Source: a virus
Virus record (IMG/VR): IMGVR_UViG_3300045988_031645
Coordinates: 1-40,649 of that record
Reading direction: 5' to 3' (one strand)
DNA length: 40,649 nt
Of the stretch, positions 32,800 through 40,073 are shown in pieces; position 1 is the stretch's first letter; each line of letters opens with the position of its first letter. Position numbers and translations under genes: made by a program. The notes below the pieces were generated by a model. The model worked only from the letters and a program-made list of their open reading frames with translations, was not told where the DNA came from and ran no database searches.

Positions 32800-33235
32800 G
32801 TGGCCTCCTTAATGGCATGTGCGTCCGTCTGTACCAGCTCGCGTACTGGCTCCACTCGTTCTCAAATGCCGCTGCTTCCATGTTGTAGCGATTGACCTCG
32901 CCGTTGTAGAAGTCGATCTTCGCAAACACATAGGTCGTATAGCAGGCGTTGAACTGATCCGGTATCAGCAGCTCACGTTCTGCATCCTCGTCATAGACAT
33001 AGGACTTGAATGCTGGCGGCTCAGCCGGTGGCTGCTCGTCCGGCTTGTAGTTATCCACGCCAGGCAGTACCGTGACCGGCTCTTTCGGGATCGGTGGCTT
33101 CGGCGGCTCGGCTCGAGAAATCACCTGATCCATCGCCATGAACTCGACCTCGTTCACCCATTGCGTGATCATGTCTTTCGTATACTCGCTCGGTCTGAAG
33201 CTCGTAACATGCGCGACTAATTCAGATAGTGTCAT
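32768..33235 (-). CDS. Putative head-tail adaptor/connector protein (155 aa)
   Basis: Called from its position after the portal and Prp genes, its size, and GAGGTG before the ATG. The assignment is positional only. Confidence 0.45.
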   Translation of the reverse strand: MTLSELVAHVTSFRPSEYTKDMITQWVNEVEFMAMDQVISRAEPPKPPIPKEPVTVLPGVDNYKPDEQPPAEPPAFKSYVYDEDAERELLIPDQFNACYTTYVFAKIDFYNGEVNRYNMEAAAFENEWSQYASWYRRTHMPLRRPHATTTDHIIR

Positions 33236-33542
33236 ATCCCACCTCTACATTCTCCGGATAGTTCCCCTCCAGGCTCTCTGCCCCAATCTGAAACATCCGT
33301 ACTGCCGTGTCGATCTCCGGCGTCGGGCCATCCGGTCGCTCGATCATGATCAGGAAGTTGCCTGGATCGTCCTGATACATCGGGAGCGCCTCTGGATGCT
33401 CGTGCAGCATATAATTAAGCAGCGTATAGGCCAGCATGGATACCGACGCGCACACGATGTCGTGTCCAGGGTCGTAGTCTGCATGGCCGATCAACGTGAT
33501 CATGGTATTACGATGTTGGTTCAGTATTCGAATGTGCGTCAT
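33222..33542 (-). CDS. prp: Prp-like cysteine protease (ribosomal-processing protease family, 106 aa)
   Basis: ITLIGHADYDPGHDIVCASVSML carries the GHA...DIVCA His/Cys dyad layout of Prp, and the size is typical. Confidence 0.7.
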   Translation of the reverse strand: MTHIRILNQHRNTMITLIGHADYDPGHDIVCASVSMLAYTLLNYMLHEHPEALPMYQDDPGNFLIMIERPDGPTPEIDTAVRMFQIGAESLEGNYPENVEVGYDTI

Positions 33543-35334
33543 GTACGTTTACCCTCGTTTCCTGTTCTGCCGGTGCAAGCCCCATGCCCTGCATGGCCTG
33601 AAGCACACGTGTGTCTCCACCCTGCGCCAGCGCCTGTGCGGACAGCTGCGCTACCTGTTGCAGCTGCTGGATCTGCTGCGCCATCATTGCGTTCTGCTGG
33701 ATGCCCTGCCGTACCTTCTCTTTACCCTCGAAGTCCATCATGTCGATGCACTGAAGCGCTTGTTCTGCCATCTGAGGATTGAAGAAGCCCAGGTTATAGA
33801 ACTGAAGTGCCAGCTCGTTCTGAGATACCGTAGTGAATGGGTTCTGCTTCTGTGCACGTGGATCTACATCGAAGATCGGCTCTTCAGTCTTGAAGTCCTG
33901 TCCTGCGATGGACTGCGTGCCACCCAGCAGGGCTGCATTGTTCATCGAAACATAGTCCGGCTCTCCACCATCACCTGTGATTCGGAATGTCCGCTCCGTG
34001 TCATAAAACTGCCTGATCAGCTCGATAGCCATCTTGCAGATAGCCGTATAGGTCCGGTAACTGCCCTTGATGATGTCTCTCGATGTCTTGTTGCCGGCCT
34101 CCTGAAGCGCTGTGATGGCTGATGCAGCCGTTACGCCGCTTGTACTACCGCCCTGGTTGAAGTCTCTGTTGGAACTCGTCTCCTTCAGTTCGTTCACCTT
34201 GTCCTGAAGCACATAGAGATAGGTGGAGGAAAGCTGTGGAGTCTCGAACGAGCGCAGGTTATCATCATTCGGTGAACCAGCCACATGGACGATACGTTTA
34301 TGAATATCTCTGAACTCCTCCTCATTGATGCCGCAGTTGTCCTTTGCGAAGTACCGGCGCGTTGCACCCTCCTCCGCATTGAGGATAATGGCAGCGCCCA
34401 GTCTGTCGATGTACTCCTGCGCGTCCTTTTCTACATCGATGATACCGAAACCGGCTGGCGTCCCCTTCTCCGGGTAGAGCACATCCATCACAAACGGGTA
34501 CTGGCCGTGATCGTAGATGCCGTTCTCGTATGCAGGATCGTTTTCGGATGCAAACAGGACGGTATCGCCACAATATTTCACTAAATGGACCTGTGTCCCG
34601 TTCTCGACCTTCACCTTGTAGTACCAGTCTACGACGATGGATTTATCCGTCGTGTCTACCTCGTCATCATAGTGGTACCTCTTCCGGTCAATGGTTGTGC
34701 CGGACAGCTTGCCGACGAGCTCCGGGTACTGGTGCTCGAGCGAGTCGTTGTCCTGTAGAGACAGAACGAATATGTTCTTCGACTCCTGGATGTCCTGAAT
34801 ACCTGGCTCCCAGTAGAAGGACAGCATGTCGACCGGCCGTATATCAATGTCGCCGGTGCCGTGCCGCATGTCCTGGTTCCACAACACAGCATACACGGAT
34901 GTGCCGTGCTTCAGCTTGTCCCACCAGTTGTCCGAGTAGGTCTTTTCGAAGTTACAGTTATCGAAGATCACTGGCAGCACGCTCGACAGCATGTGAGCAG
35001 TGCCCTCATCGTTACGCTCTCTCGGAAGCACGATCGGCGTCGGGAAGTTGTCCATCGCGTCTGCATGCTTGTTGATGATCGAGTTGAAAAGCCAGGCAGA
35101 TGTGCTCTGCTCCTGCCGTTCCATCTTGTCACGGTGGAAGTTCTTCCAGTGCTGGAGCTTCCACCAGTCCTCATTATCGACGATGCGCTTGTCCAGCTCC
35201 TGTTTACCGGAGATGTACTTCTCCAGTGTCTGCTGCGCGGTCTGTACAGCCAGCGTGTCGATCGGGCCGGAGTTTTTATCCGGCTCCGGTGCCTGCTGCT
35301 GTGGCTGCACCTCAACATTATCAATCGTTACCAT
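33508..35334 (-). CDS. Portal protein (608 aa)
   Basis: It directly follows terL (a TAATG junction). Size and AAGGAG RBS fit, and the C-terminus is Gln-rich. Confidence 0.75.
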   Translation of the reverse strand: MVTIDNVEVQPQQQAPEPDKNSGPIDTLAVQTAQQTLEKYISGKQELDKRIVDNEDWWKLQHWKNFHRDKMERQEQSTSAWLFNSIINKHADAMDNFPTPIVLPRERNDEGTAHMLSSVLPVIFDNCNFEKTYSDNWWDKLKHGTSVYAVLWNQDMRHGTGDIDIRPVDMLSFYWEPGIQDIQESKNIFVLSLQDNDSLEHQYPELVGKLSGTTIDRKRYHYDDEVDTTDKSIVVDWYYKVKVENGTQVHLVKYCGDTVLFASENDPAYENGIYDHGQYPFVMDVLYPEKGTPAGFGIIDVEKDAQEYIDRLGAAIILNAEEGATRRYFAKDNCGINEEEFRDIHKRIVHVAGSPNDDNLRSFETPQLSSTYLYVLQDKVNELKETSSNRDFNQGGSTSGVTAASAITALQEAGNKTSRDIIKGSYRTYTAICKMAIELIRQFYDTERTFRITGDGGEPDYVSMNNAALLGGTQSIAGQDFKTEEPIFDVDPRAQKQNPFTTVSQNELALQFYNLGFFNPQMAEQALQCIDMMDFEGKEKVRQGIQQNAMMAQQIQQLQQVAQLSAQALAQGGDTRVLQAMQGMGLAPAEQETRVNVHDAHSNTEPTS

Positions 35335-36728
35335 TAATTCTCTCTCCTTGCTGGCATGATCTCGAGCGGGTCTTCCGGTGGTAGCGGGTCTCGCTCGGTG
35401 AAATGTTTCATGTTCCTACGTGGGTTCAGCGGTCGTTCCTGGAATACATACCGCGTCTCGTCGTAGATGTGATCCTCCATGTCCGTGTCGATGTCCTCGA
35501 CGTGCTTATCATCGTAGATCAGTAATGGAATGGTGCGGATGAACTGCTTGCAGGACTTGAAGCAGTAAAACATCGGTATCCCGGCCTGGTCGAATGACAG
35601 CCGGTAATGGAACTGCATCAGCCCTGCTAAGCGGGCGTGATCGCCTTTCGAGTTGAATACTCCACACCGTTCAAACATGTCCTCGATGGACTCTCCGGTG
35701 TCTGAGCCCCAGATGGCCGGATCTGCGATGCCGTATACCCTCCGCCCCTGTATATTCGGATCAGTGCGTTCGATTTCTTTAATTCGTTCCGCAATCTCCG
35801 GTACTGCGAGCTGCCGGCCGGTGTTCGGCTCTGATGTGCAGCCATAGTCCTCTCTGATCCGATACAGGATGCCGTCGTGGTCAACAGCAAACCAGCCGAC
35901 GCTGTATGGCTTGCTGTATCCGTGGTCGTAGCCTCGGTAGATCTTCCAGCTCCGTGGAATCTCGAAATCATCGATAACGTGAGTCCATCTCCGGTCCTGG
36001 TAATGACCTGGATCATCCGTCCACTCGTTGAATACCTGCCCGATGAAGCTGTCCCAGTCACCCTCAAGCCATGCCTTCCGCTTCGCCTCCGGCAGTGCCT
36101 CCAACGCTCGCACGTACTCAGGATCGCTCTCCATCAGCACGGAGTTGTCGTACACGAGGGACTGGATGAAACTGTAGTCCTCCGGGTATTCGAACTCGTT
36201 GTACTGTTTTGATATAAACAAACGTTTGATGTATCCGTGTCCCTTGCCTCCCGGGTTGCAGGTGTAGTAGGTCCGTCGCGGGAAATCTGATGTACCTCGT
36301 ACACAGGCGTTCAGGTCTTTGATCTGCTGCTCTGTCAGCTGTGTCGCCTCATCGATGTAGAGAATATCTACCTCAGTACCCTGATACCGGTCTGTATCGG
36401 AGTCTGTAGAGCAGTAACCGAACTGAATCGTGCTGCCATTCGGGAATACCATGAGCTTTTCCTGGTTGCTATATTTGATCGGGCACCCTGGCCTGCCTAC
36501 ACCAAGCAGCGCCTTCAGAGGTCGAATGTGGTTTGCCTGTAGCTCAGGATATGTACGTCGGATGACCATCTGTTTGATGCCTGGATAGCTCAGGGCCATC
36601 AGGACGAGCTTCGCGCGGACCGCCCATGACTTGCCGCCACCTCGGGCACCGCCGAAGGCCACATGCCGGTGATGATCTCGTAAAAACCTGTCCTGTTTTG
36701 CATTCGGTTTGCCGATGTCTACTGTCAT
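35334..36728 (-). CDS. terL: Terminase large subunit (464 aa)
   Basis: Walker A FGGARGGGKSW, Walker B ILYIDEA, and C-terminal nuclease-type acidic motifs. Confidence 0.9.
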   Translation of the reverse strand: MTVDIGKPNAKQDRFLRDHHRHVAFGGARGGGKSWAVRAKLVLMALSYPGIKQMVIRRTYPELQANHIRPLKALLGVGRPGCPIKYSNQEKLMVFPNGSTIQFGYCSTDSDTDRYQGTEVDILYIDEATQLTEQQIKDLNACVRGTSDFPRRTYYTCNPGGKGHGYIKRLFISKQYNEFEYPEDYSFIQSLVYDNSVLMESDPEYVRALEALPEAKRKAWLEGDWDSFIGQVFNEWTDDPGHYQDRRWTHVIDDFEIPRSWKIYRGYDHGYSKPYSVGWFAVDHDGILYRIREDYGCTSEPNTGRQLAVPEIAERIKEIERTDPNIQGRRVYGIADPAIWGSDTGESIEDMFERCGVFNSKGDHARLAGLMQFHYRLSFDQAGIPMFYCFKSCKQFIRTIPLLIYDDKHVEDIDTDMEDHIYDETRYVFQERPLNPRRNMKHFTERDPLPPEDPLEIMPARREN

Positions 36729-37045
36729 CCCGTGTAATCATCCCCCCCGTTGATCGTAATCTGAATCGAGTTGTCTGTCGTCTGTTCCTGATCGGGATGC
36801 TGGCCGAGCATTCGCATGAGAAACTCGAGTGAGTTCAAGCTGCCCTTTGCAGCCAGTTTCTTCTGTGCCTTTAGCATAGTCTCGATCTCTGCCTCTGTGA
36901 GGTCATCTTCCAGCGCCTGTTTGAACGTTTTTACTGCCCTCCGAGACTTCCCCGATGCAATGCCGCCCTTTCTCTGAATCTCTCTCTGTTCCTCCGCTGT
37001 TCGTTTATTGAATGGTATTAAATTAGAATCTGTTTTGCGGGCCAT
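36725..37045 (-). CDS. terS: Putative terminase small subunit (106 aa)
   Basis: ATGA-coupled to terL. Basic N-terminus with KGGIASGKSRR. Confidence 0.6.
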   Translation of the reverse strand: MARKTDSNLIPFNKRTAEEQREIQRKGGIASGKSRRAVKTFKQALEDDLTEAEIETMLKAQKKLAAKGSLNSLEFLMRMLGQHPDQEQTTDNSIQITINGGDDYTG

Positions 37046-37166
37046 AATTACCGCCCTTTCGTGTGTTTAATAGTGTCACCTATGCCGTGGTCTCTCCCAT
37101 GAGTCATAATGATATTTTGGGGCATGTGTTCGTAAAAACAAACCGACCTATTATGAACACGAAAAA

Positions 37167-37188
37167 GGCTCCCCGTTTCCAGGAAGCC
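37167..37188 (-). terminator. Rho-independent terminator at the early/late boundary, followed by ATAGGTCGGT (37151..37142)
   Basis: Minus-strand RNA GGCUUCC-uggaaacg-GGGGAGCC then UUUUUCG. It is nearly identical in architecture to the 17219..17242 element. Confidence 0.75.
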
Positions 37189-37229
37189 AATAAAAGAATA
37201 TCCGTTTTGTTTTATTGTTTATCCACCTA

Positions 37230-37652
37230 TCATTCATTCACTGTCCTGCTACCTACGACCACTTCCCACGATGTGCTCCGACCATCCCGGTAGATCCTCC
37301 GCCCACAAACCGGGCAGTTCACGGTTCCGTTCTGATAGTCCGTGAGCTTATCCTGGTCGAGGTATACGTGCAGTCTGCAGGACGGACACGTGAAGCCGTA
37401 CATCGTGAGCCACCCGGTCTCCGCCGACGACGTGAAGCTGCCGTACACAGATTTCATCTCAAGCAGGTTATCTACCTCGATTGATTTTTGTTTTATCTTT
37501 TCCATGCACTTCTGGTAGCGCTTGCCCTGCCCGTACCATTCCTCGATGCCTTCCATCTTTTCCGTGATCGCAGCGCGGTCCGTCTTCAATTTCGAGATTT
37601 CTCTATCAATCATCGTTGTGATCCGTCGCTTCACCTTGTCGATCGTGCTCAT
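37230..37652 (-). CDS. Coiled-coil plus zinc-ribbon protein (140 aa); candidate late regulator
   Basis: CPSC...CPVC pairs in the C-terminal half. It is the last gene before the late-operon entry. AAGGAGG RBS. Confidence 0.6.
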   Translation of the reverse strand: MSTIDKVKRRITTMIDREISKLKTDRAAITEKMEGIEEWYGQGKRYQKCMEKIKQKSIEVDNLLEMKSVYGSFTSSAETGWLTMYGFTCPSCRLHVYLDQDKLTDYQNGTVNCPVCGRRIYRDGRSTSWEVVVGSRTVNE

Positions 37653-37666
37653 TATCCACCGCCTCC

Positions 37667-37996
37667 TTAAACAAAATATTTCATCACATACTCAATCGTC
37701 ATTGCCTGTGGAGACTCAATCCAACGAACTAATTCATGCCCATAGTACACATCAGCTACGATAACGAAGAAGGCAACACAAGAGAGAAGCGCTGACACCT
37801 CGGGACAATCATCAAATTTTTTTACGCAGACGATGATGCCTACCAGTAGTATCAAAAATGCAATCGACATAGCGGCACACATAAATGTGTGATGTGCAAT
37901 ACTCATTTTCGAGAGTTCTGGTACGATCTGCTCAGCTGGGACGCCGAGTTTTCTAGCTATCTCCTCGATAACTCCCATTGCAATATCTATATTCAT
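37667..37996 (-). CDS. Small membrane protein, two TM helices (109 aa)
   Basis: Hydrophobic stretches AAMSIAFLILLVGIIVCV and ALLSCVAFFVIVADVYY. GGAGG RBS. Confidence 0.65.
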   Translation of the reverse strand: MNIDIAMGVIEEIARKLGVPAEQIVPELSKMSIAHHTFMCAAMSIAFLILLVGIIVCVKKFDDCPEVSALLSCVAFFVIVADVYYGHELVRWIESPQAMTIEYVMKYFV

Positions 37997-38045
37997 TCCT
38001 ACCTCCTATCAATTTCGTGACCTCGCGGAAATGATCCTCCTTTAG

Positions 38046-38351
38046 TCACTCGTTTATAATTATGATTCCATACTCGTTGCAAGCCATGTGCTCTAACCGA
38101 CAGCCTCGGTTTTCCTTCCATCCATGGACGAAGAATGCTGCATCGGCTCCTGATAAGAGTTCAAGCGATTTACCAAGATACCATAAAGGAGTCGCGTCAT
38201 CCGGCGCGTCTTCAATGATCGAATCTATTACATTGAGCTCCGCTCCAAAACAACCGCAGAACGTTTCGCATTCTTTTATTGCTTTTTCACGCTCCGCCTG
38301 GATCTCCTCATCCGTTTTATTTCTCATTGGCTGCGATATAAAAATTTTCAT
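38046..38351 (-). CDS. Nucleoside 2-deoxyribosyltransferase-like (DUF4406-like) protein (101 aa)
   Basis: MKIFISQPMRNKTDEEI...ADAAFFVHGWKENRGCRLEH matches the layout I recall for that family. Confidence 0.5.
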   Translation of the reverse strand: MKIFISQPMRNKTDEEIQAEREKAIKECETFCGCFGAELNVIDSIIEDAPDDATPLWYLGKSLELLSGADAAFFVHGWKENRGCRLEHMACNEYGIIIINE

Positions 38352-38423
38352 TCATCTACCTCCTATTTTGGTAATGTCAACAAATTGGTTTTGACTTCTC
38401 GAATTTTTCATTCTTCCGCCCTC

Positions 38424-38648
38424 TCAATCTTCTGAATGCAGATCTATGTCCTCAATCATCGCACGAGTCTCGAGAATATATAGATACTGTCCCATGATAC
38501 TCGCCTGTTTTCTCAGAAGGTCAATCGGGCAAGTCGGCGTAAAATCAAGCTTTCCAGCATCATGCTTCACAAGCATATTGTGCAGCTTCGTGTACTTCTC
38601 CTTAAGCTCCTTGTATTCCTTTACCATTCTCAGTTTATAATCTTCCAT
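38424..38648 (-). CDS. Hypothetical helical protein (74 aa)
   Basis: Track ORF with AAGGAG upstream. Confidence 0.6.
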   Translation of the reverse strand: MEDYKLRMVKEYKELKEKYTKLHNMLVKHDAGKLDFTPTCPIDLLRKQASIMGQYLYILETRAMIEDIDLHSED

Positions 38649-38661
38649 TATGTTCTCCTTT

Positions 38662-39078
38662 TCATTCTACCTTCTCAATCTTCGGGATCGGCTCAGATCC
38701 ACACTGCATCGGTTCGCGGCTTCGAACATCCGATTCAAAACGTTCCTCCGTATCTAACCATTCCTGATGTCTAAGCGCGAGGTATATCGTTTCGAGTTCG
38801 AGCACTGAATCAGATTTCCTAGTGTCGGAGTTCTGCCAGCATCCCATCATCACGCCATGAATAACCGGTCTGATTGCCTCGCGCGTATGATAGTAGTTCA
38901 CAAATACCCGCTTGCCCTCATCGGTGCTTGTATTAAACTTGATATTATCCCCCATTGTTACAAGCCACTCGGTCAGATCGTCCGTCTGCCCCATGCCTGT
39001 GCGCATCATGAGGTTGACCGCACGAAGAACAGCGTTGAGCTGCACATCAGTTAATTCAATTCTGTACTTCATTTCCAC
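38662..39078 (-). CDS. Hypothetical protein (138 aa)
   Basis: Track ORF packed into the operon. Confidence 0.6.
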   Translation of the reverse strand: MEMKYRIELTDVQLNAVLRAVNLMMRTGMGQTDDLTEWLVTMGDNIKFNTSTDEGKRVFVNYYHTREAIRPVIHGVMMGCWQNSDTRKSDSVLELETIYLALRHQEWLDTEERFESDVRSREPMQCGSEPIPKIEKVE

Positions 39079-39260
39079 TCCTCAAAATATTTGTCAAAAT
39101 CTTCTTGACTGATTTCAATAGCGATGTTTTTTCGCTTTACTGTACAAAGCGCGCCTTCCCACCTGTTAAATTCCCATTTCTGCTGTGGCCATAATGTCAC
39201 CCAGCATTTATTTGTGCTGCCATAGCAAAAAAGTATTAATTCCTTCGGCTTTACAAACAT
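39069..39260 (-). CDS. Hypothetical protein (63 aa)
   Basis: Track ORF that overlaps the next gene by 10 nt. Confidence 0.5.
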   Translation of the reverse strand: MFVKPKELILFCYGSTNKCWVTLWPQQKWEFNRWEGALCTVKRKNIAIEISQEDFDKYFEEWK

Positions 39261-39281
39261 GCCATCACCTCGCTAAATGCT

Positions 39282-39992
39282 TTATCCTTTGCTTTCATTC
39301 GGCAAAATGTATTTTTTAATAAATCTCCTCGCATACTGTGGGTGCATCATGCTCCGTTCTACTTGCCTGGATGTTGTTTCTGTCGCTTTGGTATTATTGA
39401 TCGTCCGTGTTTTTACCAGTTCAAGCGGTTCCATTACGAGGTTATACGACGGTTTGAAGCCGATAAAGAAATATTGTGTCGGCTTCTTGTAGTAGTCGCC
39501 ATCGTTCGTCCGGTCTTTATCTATAACCGTGGGCTTGATGCACCAGTATGCCGTCAGATAGTGCGGCTGCGCGACTGGGTTTTCTATCACCATTCTCAGT
39601 CCTTTTCGTTCTGCGACAACAGTCAACTCGCACAGTTTCTCGTATAGTTCATGTAGCTCTCCGTGGAGCTTCATGCTGTACTGCAGTTTTTTTAGGTCGT
39701 TCCAGTTCTTTTGTTGTGGTGTCTCTCCACGAAACGAAAGTGGAATCATCGCTTCAAATCGTGTGCAAGGGAAAAATGCCATGATGATATCCGACCCCCC
39801 CATGTTGTCGAAAATCGACTCCCAGCCTTCATAGGCTTTCTGAATCTCCGCGAAAAGGTCAACTACGAAATCTGTCTGTCCGAAGTCATTACGGATATCG
39901 TAGTCGTAGGCATCAATTCCGAGTTTTTTAAATTCATTTTTGAATGTACCGCTTTGCTCGAATAAACAATATGCTTTCATGCTGCCACTCAT
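39282..39992 (-). CDS. Divergent C5-cytosine-methyltransferase-like protein (236 aa)
   Basis: Motif-I-like CLFEQSGTF, motif-IV-like FFPCTRFE (Pro-Cys) and motif-VI-like VIENP occur in the canonical order. Confidence 0.55.
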   Translation of the reverse strand: MSGSMKAYCLFEQSGTFKNEFKKLGIDAYDYDIRNDFGQTDFVVDLFAEIQKAYEGWESIFDNMGGSDIIMAFFPCTRFEAMIPLSFRGETPQQKNWNDLKKLQYSMKLHGELHELYEKLCELTVVAERKGLRMVIENPVAQPHYLTAYWCIKPTVIDKDRTNDGDYYKKPTQYFFIGFKPSYNLVMEPLELVKTRTINNTKATETTSRQVERSMMHPQYARRFIKKYILPNESKG

Positions 39993-40073
39993 TCATCTAA
40001 ACAGTATCACCACGATCAGAACGATCATGACGAGTATCGGTATCAACAGTATCAGATTGACCAAATCAGTCAT
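39993..40073 (-). CDS. 26-codon hydrophobic micro-ORF (MTDLVNLILLIPILVMIVLIVVILFR)
   Basis: Not in the track because it is under 60 aa. The ATG overlaps the upstream stop (AATGACTGA). Its TGA abuts the ATG of the next gene (TGAATG). It fills an otherwise empty 73-nt gap exactly. Confidence 0.5.
   Translation of the reverse strand: MTDLVNLILLIPILVMIVLIVVILFR

Noticed and set aside
31231-35337. Long plus-strand ORFs antisense to structural, portal and terminase genes (31231..31929, 33138..33782, 33496..34122, 34530..35075, 34861..35337)
   Set aside because: All are antisense to well-supported minus-strand genes with Arg/His/Leu-rich compositions and no ribosome-binding sites.
38352-38411. A 19-codon minus-strand micro-ORF (MKNSRSQNQFVDITKIGGR) in the gap before 38046..38351
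   Set aside because: It is hydrophilic and featureless, and its 3' end is simply the RBS of the next gene. Unlike the 26-codon ORF at 39993..40073, it has no hydrophobic core and no coupling at its start.
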